From Chloroflexota bacterium (GTDB lineage Bacteria; Chloroflexota; Anaerolineae; Anaerolineales; UBA11579), in NCBI GenBank assembly GCA_013112575.1, contig JABFGG010000003.1, positions 83,096 through 147,095 of the forward strand: a stretch of 64,000 nt of DNA. Reading direction: 5' to 3'. This document shows positions 48,782-57,144 of the stretch, one piece after another. The notes beneath the pieces were generated by a model. That model made no database searches and had not been told where the DNA came from. It saw nothing but the letters and a program-made list of their open reading frames with translations. Position 1 is the first letter of the stretch. Every line of letters begins with the position of its first letter. The translations under genes and the position numbers were made by a program.

Positions 48782-48912
48782 CACAGTTAACTGTGATATT
48801 TTACGTGTAATTGGCGTGAAGTGACTATGCTTGAAACTAGATTGAACTAGCCAATTACATAAGTAATCCGTGGTAAATGCTACAGATAGAATTTAGACTA
48901 TCTACGGATTAC
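48782..48912 (+). other. Three consecutive palindromic structures upstream of gene 48932
   Basis: CACAGTTAACTGTG (48782-48795). GTAATTGGC/GCCAATTAC (48807-48815 / 48850-48858, 34-nt loop). GTAATCCGT/ACGGATTAC (48863-48871 / 48904-48912, 32-nt loop). Confidence 0.6.
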
Positions 48913-48931
48913 GACAGCCTGGAGGCTGATT

Positions 48932-49525
48932 ATGAGCCGAAAATTTATCTTATCTCTTGCCGGTGTTTTCCTGGTATTGGCTATGGCTGCCGGAAGCCAG
49001 ACTACGGCCGAAGCTTCGCGTGCGCTGGACCGGAAATTCCCGCCGCCGATCGAGATCGAACTTGAATTCGATAAGACTTACGAGGTCAACATCGGTCGTG
49101 CCGGTGTGCACATCCCCAATTCTGCCATGCAGGGCACGCTGGTGTTCTGGAAGGAAGAGGGCAACCTGCGTAATTATTCCAGTTATCACGTGTTCACCCA
49201 AGCCTGGGCCAATGTAGAAGCCTTTGATCCCCAGGGCAAACAGTTCGATCGCGTGTTTGGAAACGTGCAGATGTTCTTTGACCTGGACGTGCTACAACGG
49301 CGAGTCTACGATGAAGGCTCAGAGAAAAACATGAACATCTGGTATTTCAATACCTTTGAAGGTGGTTGGCGCAAATGCCCCACGGGCCTGGCCAACCCCG
49401 GTCGTTCGGTAGCTCCTTATGGTCGCCTGGTATGCCCCATCACAGACTTCGGGCGTTATGGCATTGCCTGGACCTTACCGACCCTCCAAATGAAATTGGA
49501 GAAGCAGATGGGGACAAGCCCCTAA
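48932..49525 (+). CDS. Hypothetical secreted protein
   Basis: GGAGG SD and signal peptide LAGVFLVLAMAAGSQTTAEA. 197 aa. Confidence 0.75.
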   Translation: MSRKFILSLAGVFLVLAMAAGSQTTAEASRALDRKFPPPIEIELEFDKTYEVNIGRAGVHIPNSAMQGTLVFWKEEGNLRNYSSYHVFTQAWANVEAFDPQGKQFDRVFGNVQMFFDLDVLQRRVYDEGSEKNMNIWYFNTFEGGWRKCPTGLANPGRSVAPYGRLVCPITDFGRYGIAWTLPTLQMKLEKQMGTSP

Positions 49526-49571
49526 GGCCATATACATTTGATATTATTGCAAGCCACTAGTTTAAAATGAG

Positions 49572-49608
49572 TAGAGGCGGGTAAGCGAAATTTCGCCACC
49601 CGCCTCTA
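49572..49608 (+). other. Long hairpin, AGAGGCGG-type arms
   Basis: TAGAGGCGGGT...ACCCGCCTCTA with inner GCGAAA/TTTCGC pairing. No clear T-run. Confidence 0.4.
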
Positions 49609-49627
49609 TACTTATAAGGAAGATGTT

Positions 49628-50119
49628 ATGAAGCTTGTTGATACTCTCACAACCCTCTACAGCCACAACCTGTGGGCTAACCTGCGCTTGCTTGAACGCT
49701 GTGCCGAGTTGACCGATGAACAATTGGATGCCACCATTCTTGGCTCCTATGGCTCTATTCGTGAGACCTTAGAGCACATTGTCAAGGCCGAAAGATCGTA
49801 TCTGTCGCGCATCAGCACCGGCAAAATGTACCAGCATCCAGAAGATGCTTCACCAATGACGATCGAGGAAATGACCGAAGCGGCACGTGAGACCGGGGCG
49901 GGTTTTATTGAGTGGGCGCCCAAGGTGCAGGCAGAGGATACCGTTGAACTCGACTCGGATGGCACACCCATCGATGTGCCTAAGACGATAATCCTCACCC
50001 AGGTGATCAACCACGCTACTGAACACCGTGCACAGATATTGGCGATTTTGACGGAATTGGGCATTGAATCACCGGATCTGCAAAGCTGGAAGTATTTTGA
50101 TGAGATGTATACTGGCTAA
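49628..50119 (+). CDS. DinB-family protein
   Basis: N-terminal YSHNLWANLRLLE, TLEHIV and INHATEHRAQ (His triad pattern of the DinB fold). 163 aa. Confidence 0.8.
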   Translation: MKLVDTLTTLYSHNLWANLRLLERCAELTDEQLDATILGSYGSIRETLEHIVKAERSYLSRISTGKMYQHPEDASPMTIEEMTEAARETGAGFIEWAPKVQAEDTVELDSDGTPIDVPKTIILTQVINHATEHRAQILAILTELGIESPDLQSWKYFDEMYTG

Positions 50120-50147
50120 GTGTGTTTGAACACAAAGCGAAATAAAA

Positions 50148-50178
50148 AACTCCCGTCCAGTAGATGGGAGTTTCTTTT
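50148..50178. terminator. Bidirectional terminator between DinB-family gene and pepF
   Basis: AAAAAACTCCC...GGGAGTTTCTTTTT, with A-run and T-run flanks. Confidence 0.65.
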
Positions 50179-50208
50179 TAATGGCTGGCAGCTAAACTTA
50201 GATTGTGA

Positions 50209-52017
50209 TTACAGTTCTACATACTGCTCCACGCGCTCACTAATAATCTTGAAACTTTTCTCCCAGAAGTCCTTGCCTTGAATATCAATTTCAAAACGGT
50301 TTGCCAGGGTGGCGGCATCGGCTGCACCGGTGCTGGCCAGTAGTTCTTTGTAATCATCCACGAAGTCGCTACCGCGCTCTTGATAGATGGCGTAAAGACC
50401 GGTGCCGAAGAGCAGGCCAAAGGCATAGGGGAAGTTGTAGAAGGAGAGGCCAGACTGATAGTAATGCGGTTTCCAGGTCCACATATATTTGTGGCGGTAA
50501 TTGGGGTCGAGGGCGTCACCATAACATTGAGTCTGGGCATCTTCCATGATTTCATTAAATTCTTCCGCTGAGAGTTCGCTCTGGGCGCGGCGTTCAAAGA
50601 CCTCTTTCTCGAAGAGATAACGCGAATATATATCGACAATGACTTGGCTGTCTCCCACCAGGCGAGGTTCAAGGATGGCAAGTTCCTCATCAGGTGAAGA
50701 GGTTTGCTCCAGAGCGGCGTTGGTCATAATGGTTTCACACATGATCGAGGCTGTTTCTGCCAGGGTCATGGGATTGACACGCTGTAAAGGTGTTTTGCCT
50801 GCCTGGCAGTAGTTATGGAAACCGTGACCAAGCTCGTGGGCCAGGGTAAAGACCGAATCGAGGGAGCCGTTGAAGTTGAGCAGGATACGGGATTCGTTGC
50901 GGCCTGTGACCGGCATGCAAAAAGCACCGGCACGTTTACCGTCGCGCGGCCCCACGTCCAGCCATTCATTATCGAAAGCCATCTGGGCATAACCGGCCAA
51001 CTCGGGTGAGAAAGTGTTAAATTGCTCGATGATGAAGTCTTGCGCTTTAGGGTAGGTGTAGGTGCGCTCGTTCTCACTCACTGGCGCAAAGAAGTCCCAC
51101 CAGGCCAATTGTTCTTTGCCCAGGCGTTTGGCCTTGGCCTTAAAATAATCCTGGAACATGGGGAAAGAATCCTGCATGGCCGACAGCATGGCTTTCAGGG
51201 AACCACGATCCATGCGGGCTGCCCGGATGGCGCTATGTAGATTGTCCTCGCGACCCCGGCGGCGATCCACCACACTGACGCCCCCTTTGACGCCATTCAG
51301 CGCGGCAGCCAGAGGGACTTCAACACTTTGCCAGGCAGCCATCTCGGCTTCATAGGCGCGGCGGCGCACATCTTCATTGGCATGATTGCGGTAGTTAATT
51401 AGTGCAGTAACGGGAATGTTTTGGGTCTCGCCATTTTCTGTGAAATCCACTTTTAGTTGGGAAACGATGTTGCCCTGCAGTTTGCCCCAGGCGATGGGCC
51501 CAGCCGGGAAAAGTTCGGAAGCCAGGTTTTCTTCTTCAGGAGACATAAGATACTGGCTTTCTTCGGCGGTTTCATTCAAATAGAAGGCATGCTGGCGCGT
51601 GACCTCATCGTGATCAGTGATCTCATCAATCTGTTCGGCATTGGCTCCCAACCAGTTCGTGAATTGCGTTTCAAGCTGGTGTACGGGGATGAGCATCTGC
51701 ACCATTTCTGAGAGTTTCTTTTGGGCGGCTGTGTTGTAGGTGTCGGCAGCTGTGATTAAAAATATAAAGGCACGCAGGGTGAGGATATTGCGCTGCATGG
51801 CATTGATGCGTTCGATCCATCCGCTGGCCACTGCGCCAGGGTCGTCTTGAGCTGCTCCCGCGGAGATGCCGGATTCTGTGGCGTAAGCTTGCAATTCTTC
51901 TATCTGTTGCTGTAGTTCTTCATAAGCAGCGTTGAATTCAGGTGAGTCGAGTCCGGGGAAGATGCTGTCCAGGTTCCAACGTGGGTAGGTGTCTTCCTGG
52001 GTGGCAGGTGTGGTCAT
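50209..52017 (-). CDS. pepF: M3-family oligoendopeptidase F
   Basis: HELGHGFH zinc motif. 602 aa. Confidence 0.9.
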   Translation of the reverse strand: MTTPATQEDTYPRWNLDSIFPGLDSPEFNAAYEELQQQIEELQAYATESGISAGAAQDDPGAVASGWIERINAMQRNILTLRAFIFLITAADTYNTAAQKKLSEMVQMLIPVHQLETQFTNWLGANAEQIDEITDHDEVTRQHAFYLNETAEESQYLMSPEEENLASELFPAGPIAWGKLQGNIVSQLKVDFTENGETQNIPVTALINYRNHANEDVRRRAYEAEMAAWQSVEVPLAAALNGVKGGVSVVDRRRGREDNLHSAIRAARMDRGSLKAMLSAMQDSFPMFQDYFKAKAKRLGKEQLAWWDFFAPVSENERTYTYPKAQDFIIEQFNTFSPELAGYAQMAFDNEWLDVGPRDGKRAGAFCMPVTGRNESRILLNFNGSLDSVFTLAHELGHGFHNYCQAGKTPLQRVNPMTLAETASIMCETIMTNAALEQTSSPDEELAILEPRLVGDSQVIVDIYSRYLFEKEVFERRAQSELSAEEFNEIMEDAQTQCYGDALDPNYRHKYMWTWKPHYYQSGLSFYNFPYAFGLLFGTGLYAIYQERGSDFVDDYKELLASTGAADAATLANRFEIDIQGKDFWEKSFKIISERVEQYVEL

Positions 52018-52328
52018 GCATGGTCTCCTGTCTGAAAATGTTTGATAAGTTTAGGGGCGTAATAGCTGGGCCAATCCATCTCTAGTTGTTCTTTTTCGGA
52101 GAGAGCAGAATAAGATGCGTGCAGGTCTGTCAGAAATTGGGCGAGTTGTTCGGGTGCGGGGGACGTTTGAAGCAGTTCAGCGATTCCGCCTTCCAGTAGA
52201 TAATCTGCATACCAGGCAGGCCAATCCTGGTTGCGGGCTCCTTCCAATTGTCGCGTTTGATATTTGTGGTGCGCCATCCCCGCTTTCTTTAAAAGGTTGA
52301 TCAGTTCTGATTCAGGTGATGAGATCAC
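52014..52328 (-). CDS. Small conserved hypothetical protein, paralog 1 (104 aa)
   Basis: Shares AHH, DWPxWYAxYL and DWPSYYA motifs with the upstream 93-aa ORF. 4-nt overlap with the pepF start. Confidence 0.75.
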   Translation of the reverse strand: MISSPESELINLLKKAGMAHHKYQTRQLEGARNQDWPAWYADYLLEGGIAELLQTSPAPEQLAQFLTDLHASYSALSEKEQLEMDWPSYYAPKLIKHFQTGDHA

Positions 52329-52340
52329 TATGCCCTGTGT

Positions 52341-52622
52341 TCAGCGATAGCGTTCGATGAGGAACTTGGCGTAATAGCTGGGCCAATCTTTGTGGCCCGG
52401 AGCGCGCTGATTTTGTTCTTTATCGGCGGTGACGAGTAAGTAGGTGAGTTCTGCTTGGGTGAAGCTGGCGTTGAGCAGTTCGCCCAATTTGTCTTTCAGA
52501 TAACCTGCGTACCACATGGGCCAATCGGGGTCCTCCCCATCTGTTTCGATGAAAGCTTCGTGGTGGGCGTGGCCGGTTTCTCGCAGCAGGTCGGCGATCT
52601 GTTTACGTAGCTCGTCGGACAT
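52341..52622 (-). CDS. Small conserved hypothetical protein, paralog 2 (93 aa)
   Basis: GHAHHEAF...DWPMWYAGYL...DWPSYYAKFL. Same strand, 12 nt upstream of paralog 1. Confidence 0.75.
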   Translation of the reverse strand: MSDELRKQIADLLRETGHAHHEAFIETDGEDPDWPMWYAGYLKDKLGELLNASFTQAELTYLLVTADKEQNQRAPGHKDWPSYYAKFLIERYR

Positions 52623-52646
52623 AAGCAGCTCCTTGCGTGTATTTGG

Positions 52647-53849
52647 CTATTGTATCAGAGCCGGTTTTTTGCGCTGCACCCACCAAAAGCGCAGGGCGAC
52701 CAAGGCAAGCAAGCCAGCAACACTGACGTACAGATATTCAAGACCCGGTAAACCGTCTCCCAATGAGTAGGCCAGCAAAGGACCGATGGCGGCCCCTGCA
52801 TCGACGGCAGTGTTGTAGAAGCCGACAAATAAGTTTGGGCGCTCGGTGCTGGTAGCCAGGCCAGAGACTGCCGCGCTGCCGGTAACGAACATGCCTGACC
52901 CGGCAATGAATACAAAGGCCAAGGATACCAGCAGACCGATGCCTTCCAGTTGTACTGCGCCAAGCATGCCCAGCAGGATGACCAGGGCAAGGATCAACAA
53001 GGTTAGTGCTTGCCCAATGCGATCAGAGATGCTGCCGATCAACGGGGCAAAGAGGAGGTTAGCGGAAAAGCGGGTAGCTAACAAAGCGCCTGCCAGGGTG
53101 CCAATGCCTAACAAGCTGAAATCTGCGCTGAGGCGTGAGGCAAGAAAAAGAGAGGAGGTTGAGACCAGAATGCCCTCAAAGAGCGTATCCACAAAGCCGA
53201 GGGTCGAGATCCAGCGGCGGGATCTGTCTTGCAGGGCTACACGCCATCCGGCGAGTGTGCTGCCGCTTTCTGCATTGCCGATGGCACCATGCTTGGGCCA
53301 GCGCAATTGCAGTGCTACGGGGATGGCTAAGGCGCTCAAGCCGGTGATGATAAACACTGTACTTGCATAGCCAAAACGGTCGTATATCAGGCCACCTACC
53401 AGCACGCTGACGGCACTGCCAAGTCGCACCACGCCCCATAAGATGCCCATCAAACGGCCTTTGATATTCTCTGGGGCGGACCACACGGCCAGATAGCCGC
53501 CATGCCGGAAGACCGACCAGGCCAGGCCCCACCCGCCACGCGCCAACAGGAAAGCTACAAAGCCCCAGCCCAATCCATACACCAGCGTGGTGACTACACT
53601 GAGGAGGCTGGCAAAGATAAAGGGGAGGCGCGGCCCGAGACGCTCAAAGGCCAGGCTGGCCCAGGTATTCGACAGAAGACGAATAATGCGGTTGACGCTG
53701 AGTAACACACCGACAAGCGCCAGTGGGATGCCCAAGTTGGCAGCCTCTAAAGGCAGCAGGCTGTACATGAGCGAATCGCCCATGATGGCCAGGGCCACAA
53801 CCAGGGCTACCCGCCCGACGAAGCGGGTGGGTTGGGATGAGGTGGACAT
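52647..53849 (-). CDS. MFS transporter (12 TM)
   Basis: 400 aa, uniformly hydrophobic with a central loop. Confidence 0.85.
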   Translation of the reverse strand: MSTSSQPTRFVGRVALVVALAIMGDSLMYSLLPLEAANLGIPLALVGVLLSVNRIIRLLSNTWASLAFERLGPRLPFIFASLLSVVTTLVYGLGWGFVAFLLARGGWGLAWSVFRHGGYLAVWSAPENIKGRLMGILWGVVRLGSAVSVLVGGLIYDRFGYASTVFIITGLSALAIPVALQLRWPKHGAIGNAESGSTLAGWRVALQDRSRRWISTLGFVDTLFEGILVSTSSLFLASRLSADFSLLGIGTLAGALLATRFSANLLFAPLIGSISDRIGQALTLLILALVILLGMLGAVQLEGIGLLVSLAFVFIAGSGMFVTGSAAVSGLATSTERPNLFVGFYNTAVDAGAAIGPLLAYSLGDGLPGLEYLYVSVAGLLALVALRFWWVQRKKPALIQ

Positions 53850-53927
53850 AAGGGCGCTATTATACGTGTTCTGGTGTTGAAGTTAGCAATGTTAAAATAA
53901 GCGTATTAATCTGTGGAGAGTTTATCG

Positions 53928-54380
53928 ATGACAAATGAGAGTGGTAGTGGCCCGCGCGTTTCCTGGTTTGCTAAACTGGCGTTTCGTATTCAAGCCTTCT
54001 TGCTCAAGCGGGGATGGATGGGGCCAGCCGGCAACTTCTTAATGGCGATCACGACAACAGGGCGGAAATCGGGCAAGCAGTTCACGGTTCCGATTGGTTA
54101 TCTTAATGATGGCGATGCTGTCATTGCCATGAACCCTACCGGCAACTCCAATTGGATGAAAAATGTGCAGGCTAACGGGGATGTGCTTCTTCATATCAAA
54201 GGCCAAAGCATATCGATGCAGGGAAGACTGGTGTCTGACCCGGTAGAGAAACGCCGTATTTTTGATATCTACAAACAAACGCCTGATACCTTCCCACGCT
54301 ATTTTGGCGTGACCGTGGACGCACCGGAAGGGGAATTGAATGCAGCCTTGGACAAGGCGCATTTTGTGCGTTTTGAGTGA
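53928..54380 (+). CDS. Deazaflavin(F420)-dependent nitroreductase-family protein (DUF385/Ddn-like)
   Basis: TTTGRKSGKQFTVPIGY...NSNWMKNVQANGDV pattern. The ATG at 53928 follows GGAG. The tracked GTG at 53913 is less likely. Confidence 0.78.
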   Translation: MTNESGSGPRVSWFAKLAFRIQAFLLKRGWMGPAGNFLMAITTTGRKSGKQFTVPIGYLNDGDAVIAMNPTGNSNWMKNVQANGDVLLHIKGQSISMQGRLVSDPVEKRRIFDIYKQTPDTFPRYFGVTVDAPEGELNAALDKAHFVRFE

Positions 54381-54385
54381 CTAGT

Positions 54386-54473
54386 ACTTTGTCAAAGCTA
54401 AAAAAGACTATTGCGCAGAATGCCTAGTAAGAAAGATTATGGTTTACCATCCCTGGTCGGCCTTTGGCAAAGT
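54386..54473. promoter_or_regulatory. Two related palindromic boxes upstream of the SDR gene
   Basis: ACTTTGTCAAAG (54386-54397) and CTTTGGCAAAGT (54462-54473). Each is a CTTTG-n-CAAAG palindrome. Confidence 0.3.
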
Positions 54474-54542
54474 TTAAAGTGTTCCGTCTTTTATTACTGC
54501 AAATCTTAGAATGAGTATTGAAGGAACACTAGAGGAATAGTT

Positions 54543-55373
54543 ATGAAGGACAAAGTTTGTATTGTCACCGGAGCCAACGCCGGTATCGGTAAAGCCACGG
54601 CTTTGGGATTGGCCCAGATGGGTGCTACGGTTGTGATGGTGTGCCGCGATGAGGGCAAGGGCAAAGTAGCACAAGCTGAGATCAAGGCGCAAACAGGGAA
54701 TGATAATGTCCATTTGTTGTTGGCAGATTTGTCGTCCCAGACCGATGTGCGCAAATTGGCCGATGATTTTCAGGCGCAGTTCGAGCGGCTGGATGTGTTG
54801 ATCAACAATGCAGGCATCATCCCCGGTGCGCGGCAGGTGAGTGTGGATGGCATCGAGATACAGTTGGCGGTCAATCATCTAGCCCCGTTTTTGCTGGCCA
54901 ATTTATTATTAGATACTCTCAAAGCCAGTGCCCCGGCGCGGGTCTTAACTGTATCGTCGCAGGTGCATGCCTGGGATGCCATCGATTGGGAGGACCTGCA
55001 GTCCGAAAAAAGCTATTCTCCCAATACTGTCTACAACCGCAGCAAGCTGATGAACGTGCTGTTCACCTACGAATTGGCGCGCAGGTTGGAAGGCACGGGC
55101 GTAACGGCTAATTGCCTGCACCCTGGCGTGGTCAACACTAACATGCTGGCCGATTATATGGGTTCCCCGCGGGAGGGTTTCAGTAGTGGTGTGCCGGTTG
55201 AGGAGGGGGCGCGCACGTCGCTATATCTGGCCACATCGTCGGATGTGGAGGGTGTATCCGGTAAATATTTCCGTGAGGAACGTGAGGCTGATTCTTCTCC
55301 GGATTCTCACGATGAAGAACAGGCGCGGCGTTTGTGGGACCTGAGTGTTGTGTTAACTGGTTTGGAGGAGTAA
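54543..55373 (+). CDS. Short-chain dehydrogenase/reductase
   Basis: TGANAGIGKATA cofactor motif, NNAG, and YxxxK (YNRSK). Confidence 0.9.
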   Translation: MKDKVCIVTGANAGIGKATALGLAQMGATVVMVCRDEGKGKVAQAEIKAQTGNDNVHLLLADLSSQTDVRKLADDFQAQFERLDVLINNAGIIPGARQVSVDGIEIQLAVNHLAPFLLANLLLDTLKASAPARVLTVSSQVHAWDAIDWEDLQSEKSYSPNTVYNRSKLMNVLFTYELARRLEGTGVTANCLHPGVVNTNMLADYMGSPREGFSSGVPVEEGARTSLYLATSSDVEGVSGKYFREEREADSSPDSHDEEQARRLWDLSVVLTGLEE

Positions 55374-55378
55374 AGCTT

Positions 55379-56440
55379 ATGCTGCGCACGATGAATCTAA
55401 GCACGCGTTTCACGGTTTTGCTATTGTCGGTTTTGGTTGCAGGGGTAATCGTCAGCGGCGTGATTCTATGGGGGGTGCTGGAGGCGCGTGCAGAAGCGGA
55501 TGTAACCGAAAAAGGTTTGATTCTCACAGAAACGATGAACGCCGTGCGCAGCTATACGAGCAATAACGTCAGCCCGCAGTTGCAGCGCGAATTGGCCGCC
55601 AGCGAAGTGTTTATCGCTGAAACGGTGCCGGCCTTTTCGGCACGCGAGGTTTTCGAGAATTTCCGGGCAGATGAGGAGTACGCTAATTTCTTTTATAAGG
55701 AAGCGACCCTTAACCCGGTAAACCCACGCAGCGGGGCAGATGGTTTTGAAGCGGAGTTAGTCGAGCAAATGCGTAATGACCCCAACCTGACGGAGGTATC
55801 CGGCTTCCGGGAACGCGAGGGGGCACAGTTGTTTTTCATCGCGCGCCCGCTTTCTATCAATGATGAGAGCTGCCTGGCCTGCCATAGTGACCCCGCGATT
55901 GCGCCTGCTAACCTGGTGGCAACTTATGGAGATGATGGCGGTTTTGGTTGGGAACTGGATGAGATCGTGGCGGCGCAGGTGATCTACGTGCCTGCCGAGG
56001 ATGTGTTCAACGCAGCTCTGCGTTCATTCTTTTTGCTCATTGTTATCTTTGTGGCGATCATCGCGGCAGCGGTGGTGGCGATCAATTTCCTAATACGGCG
56101 GGATGTGGTGCAACCGGTAGGGGTAATGGGCGGCTTCGCTCAGAAATTGGGAGAAGATGAGATCGCAGCAGAGGACCTGGAATCCACAAGCCTGGCGGGT
56201 TTGGCGGGACGACAGGATGAATTGGGGGTAATGGCGCAGGCTTTCCAGCGTATGATGAAAGAAGTGTATACGCGCACGCAGGCCCTCAAGAAGCAATTAG
56301 AGTCCTTACGCATTGAGATCGATGCGTTTCAGCGGGATGCCCAGGTGCAGGAAGTGACGGATTCGGAATTCTTCCAGGATTTGAAGTCGAAGGCGCAGGA
56401 TTTGCGGAAAGATGATGAAGATGAGAATGATGATGAATAG
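55379..56440 (+). CDS. Membrane sensor-like protein: DUF3365-type domain with CxxCH heme motif, TM, HAMP-like and coiled-coil regions; no output domain
   Basis: The ATG at 55379 gives MLRTMNLSTRFTVLLLSVLVAG. CLACH motif. A second TM (FFLLIVIFVAIIAAAVVAINFLI) followed by HAMP-like sequence. Acidic tail. Confidence 0.75.
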   Translation: MLRTMNLSTRFTVLLLSVLVAGVIVSGVILWGVLEARAEADVTEKGLILTETMNAVRSYTSNNVSPQLQRELAASEVFIAETVPAFSAREVFENFRADEEYANFFYKEATLNPVNPRSGADGFEAELVEQMRNDPNLTEVSGFREREGAQLFFIARPLSINDESCLACHSDPAIAPANLVATYGDDGGFGWELDEIVAAQVIYVPAEDVFNAALRSFFLLIVIFVAIIAAAVVAINFLIRRDVVQPVGVMGGFAQKLGEDEIAAEDLESTSLAGLAGRQDELGVMAQAFQRMMKEVYTRTQALKKQLESLRIEIDAFQRDAQVQEVTDSEFFQDLKSKAQDLRKDDEDENDDE

Positions 56441-56442
56441 CA

Positions 56443-56487
56443 GTTAGCTATTAGCCTTTAGCTTAAAGCCTTAGGCTGTAAGCTGTA
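56443..56487 (+). repeat. Heptamer-periodic repeat, copy A
   Basis: GTTAGCT ATTAGCC TTTAGCT TAAAGCC TTAGGCT GTAAGCT GTA. Confidence 0.7.
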
Positions 56488-56549
56488 TTTCGCGAGGGGG
56501 TATTTCCCAGGATTGGCAGTCCGCCTGCTTGCTTCTGTACAGATTGTTT

Positions 56550-57059
56550 TTATTCGAGTTTGTCTGATATAGCGGATTTGAACAGGTCGGTGATCTCTTT
56601 TTCGGTGAGTTCAACGTTCTCGATGGTAAGGTCGGCTTCGATCTGGAGGGCTTCGCTCAGTTCGTAGACTGTGCGGATGGACTCGATGTCCATCTGTATC
56701 TGTTCCGTCTGGTCGCGCTGGGCAATGCGCTCGAGGCAAAGTTCCAATGGGACGGAGATACGGGCGATGAGTGTGTTTGAGCCTGGCTCGAGAGACAAGA
56801 GGTCATCCAGGATCTCTTGTGAGGCTCCAGTGGTTTCGACGCAGACGTGTTGGTGAGTGTGCAGGGCCTCTTTGATCATGGGATGCACCTGGGCGATGCC
56901 GCCTGGGATGGTGGGCTGGCGACCGGCGGCTTCGCATTTGGCATAGTAGTCCATCCAGTGCGGCTCAACGAGGAAGAAGTGGACGCCAAGGTGTTTTTCA
57001 ATGGTGCGGCCGATGTGGCTTTTGCCGCTGCCTTTGGGGCCAATGAGGAGGATTAGCAT
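56550..57059 (-). CDS. Small P-loop NTPase/kinase-like protein
   Basis: Walker A LIGPKGSGKSHIG at the N-terminus. 169 aa. Confidence 0.8.
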   Translation of the reverse strand: MLILLIGPKGSGKSHIGRTIEKHLGVHFFLVEPHWMDYYAKCEAAGRQPTIPGGIAQVHPMIKEALHTHQHVCVETTGASQEILDDLLSLEPGSNTLIARISVPLELCLERIAQRDQTEQIQMDIESIRTVYELSEALQIEADLTIENVELTEKEITDLFKSAISDKLE

Positions 57060-57063
57060 GATA

Positions 57064-57091
57064 TTGTTATTTGTTATTTGTTATTTGTTAT
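57064..57091. repeat. Perfect 7-bp tandem repeat, four copies
   Basis: TTGTTAT x4 (minus strand ATAACAA x4), ending 4 nt upstream of the P-loop gene ATG. No SD is evident. Confidence 0.9.
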
Positions 57092-57144
57092 TGAGCGCGT
57101 TGAAAGCATTCCATATTAAATAAGTCTCTCTGGAGAAAGGGAAT

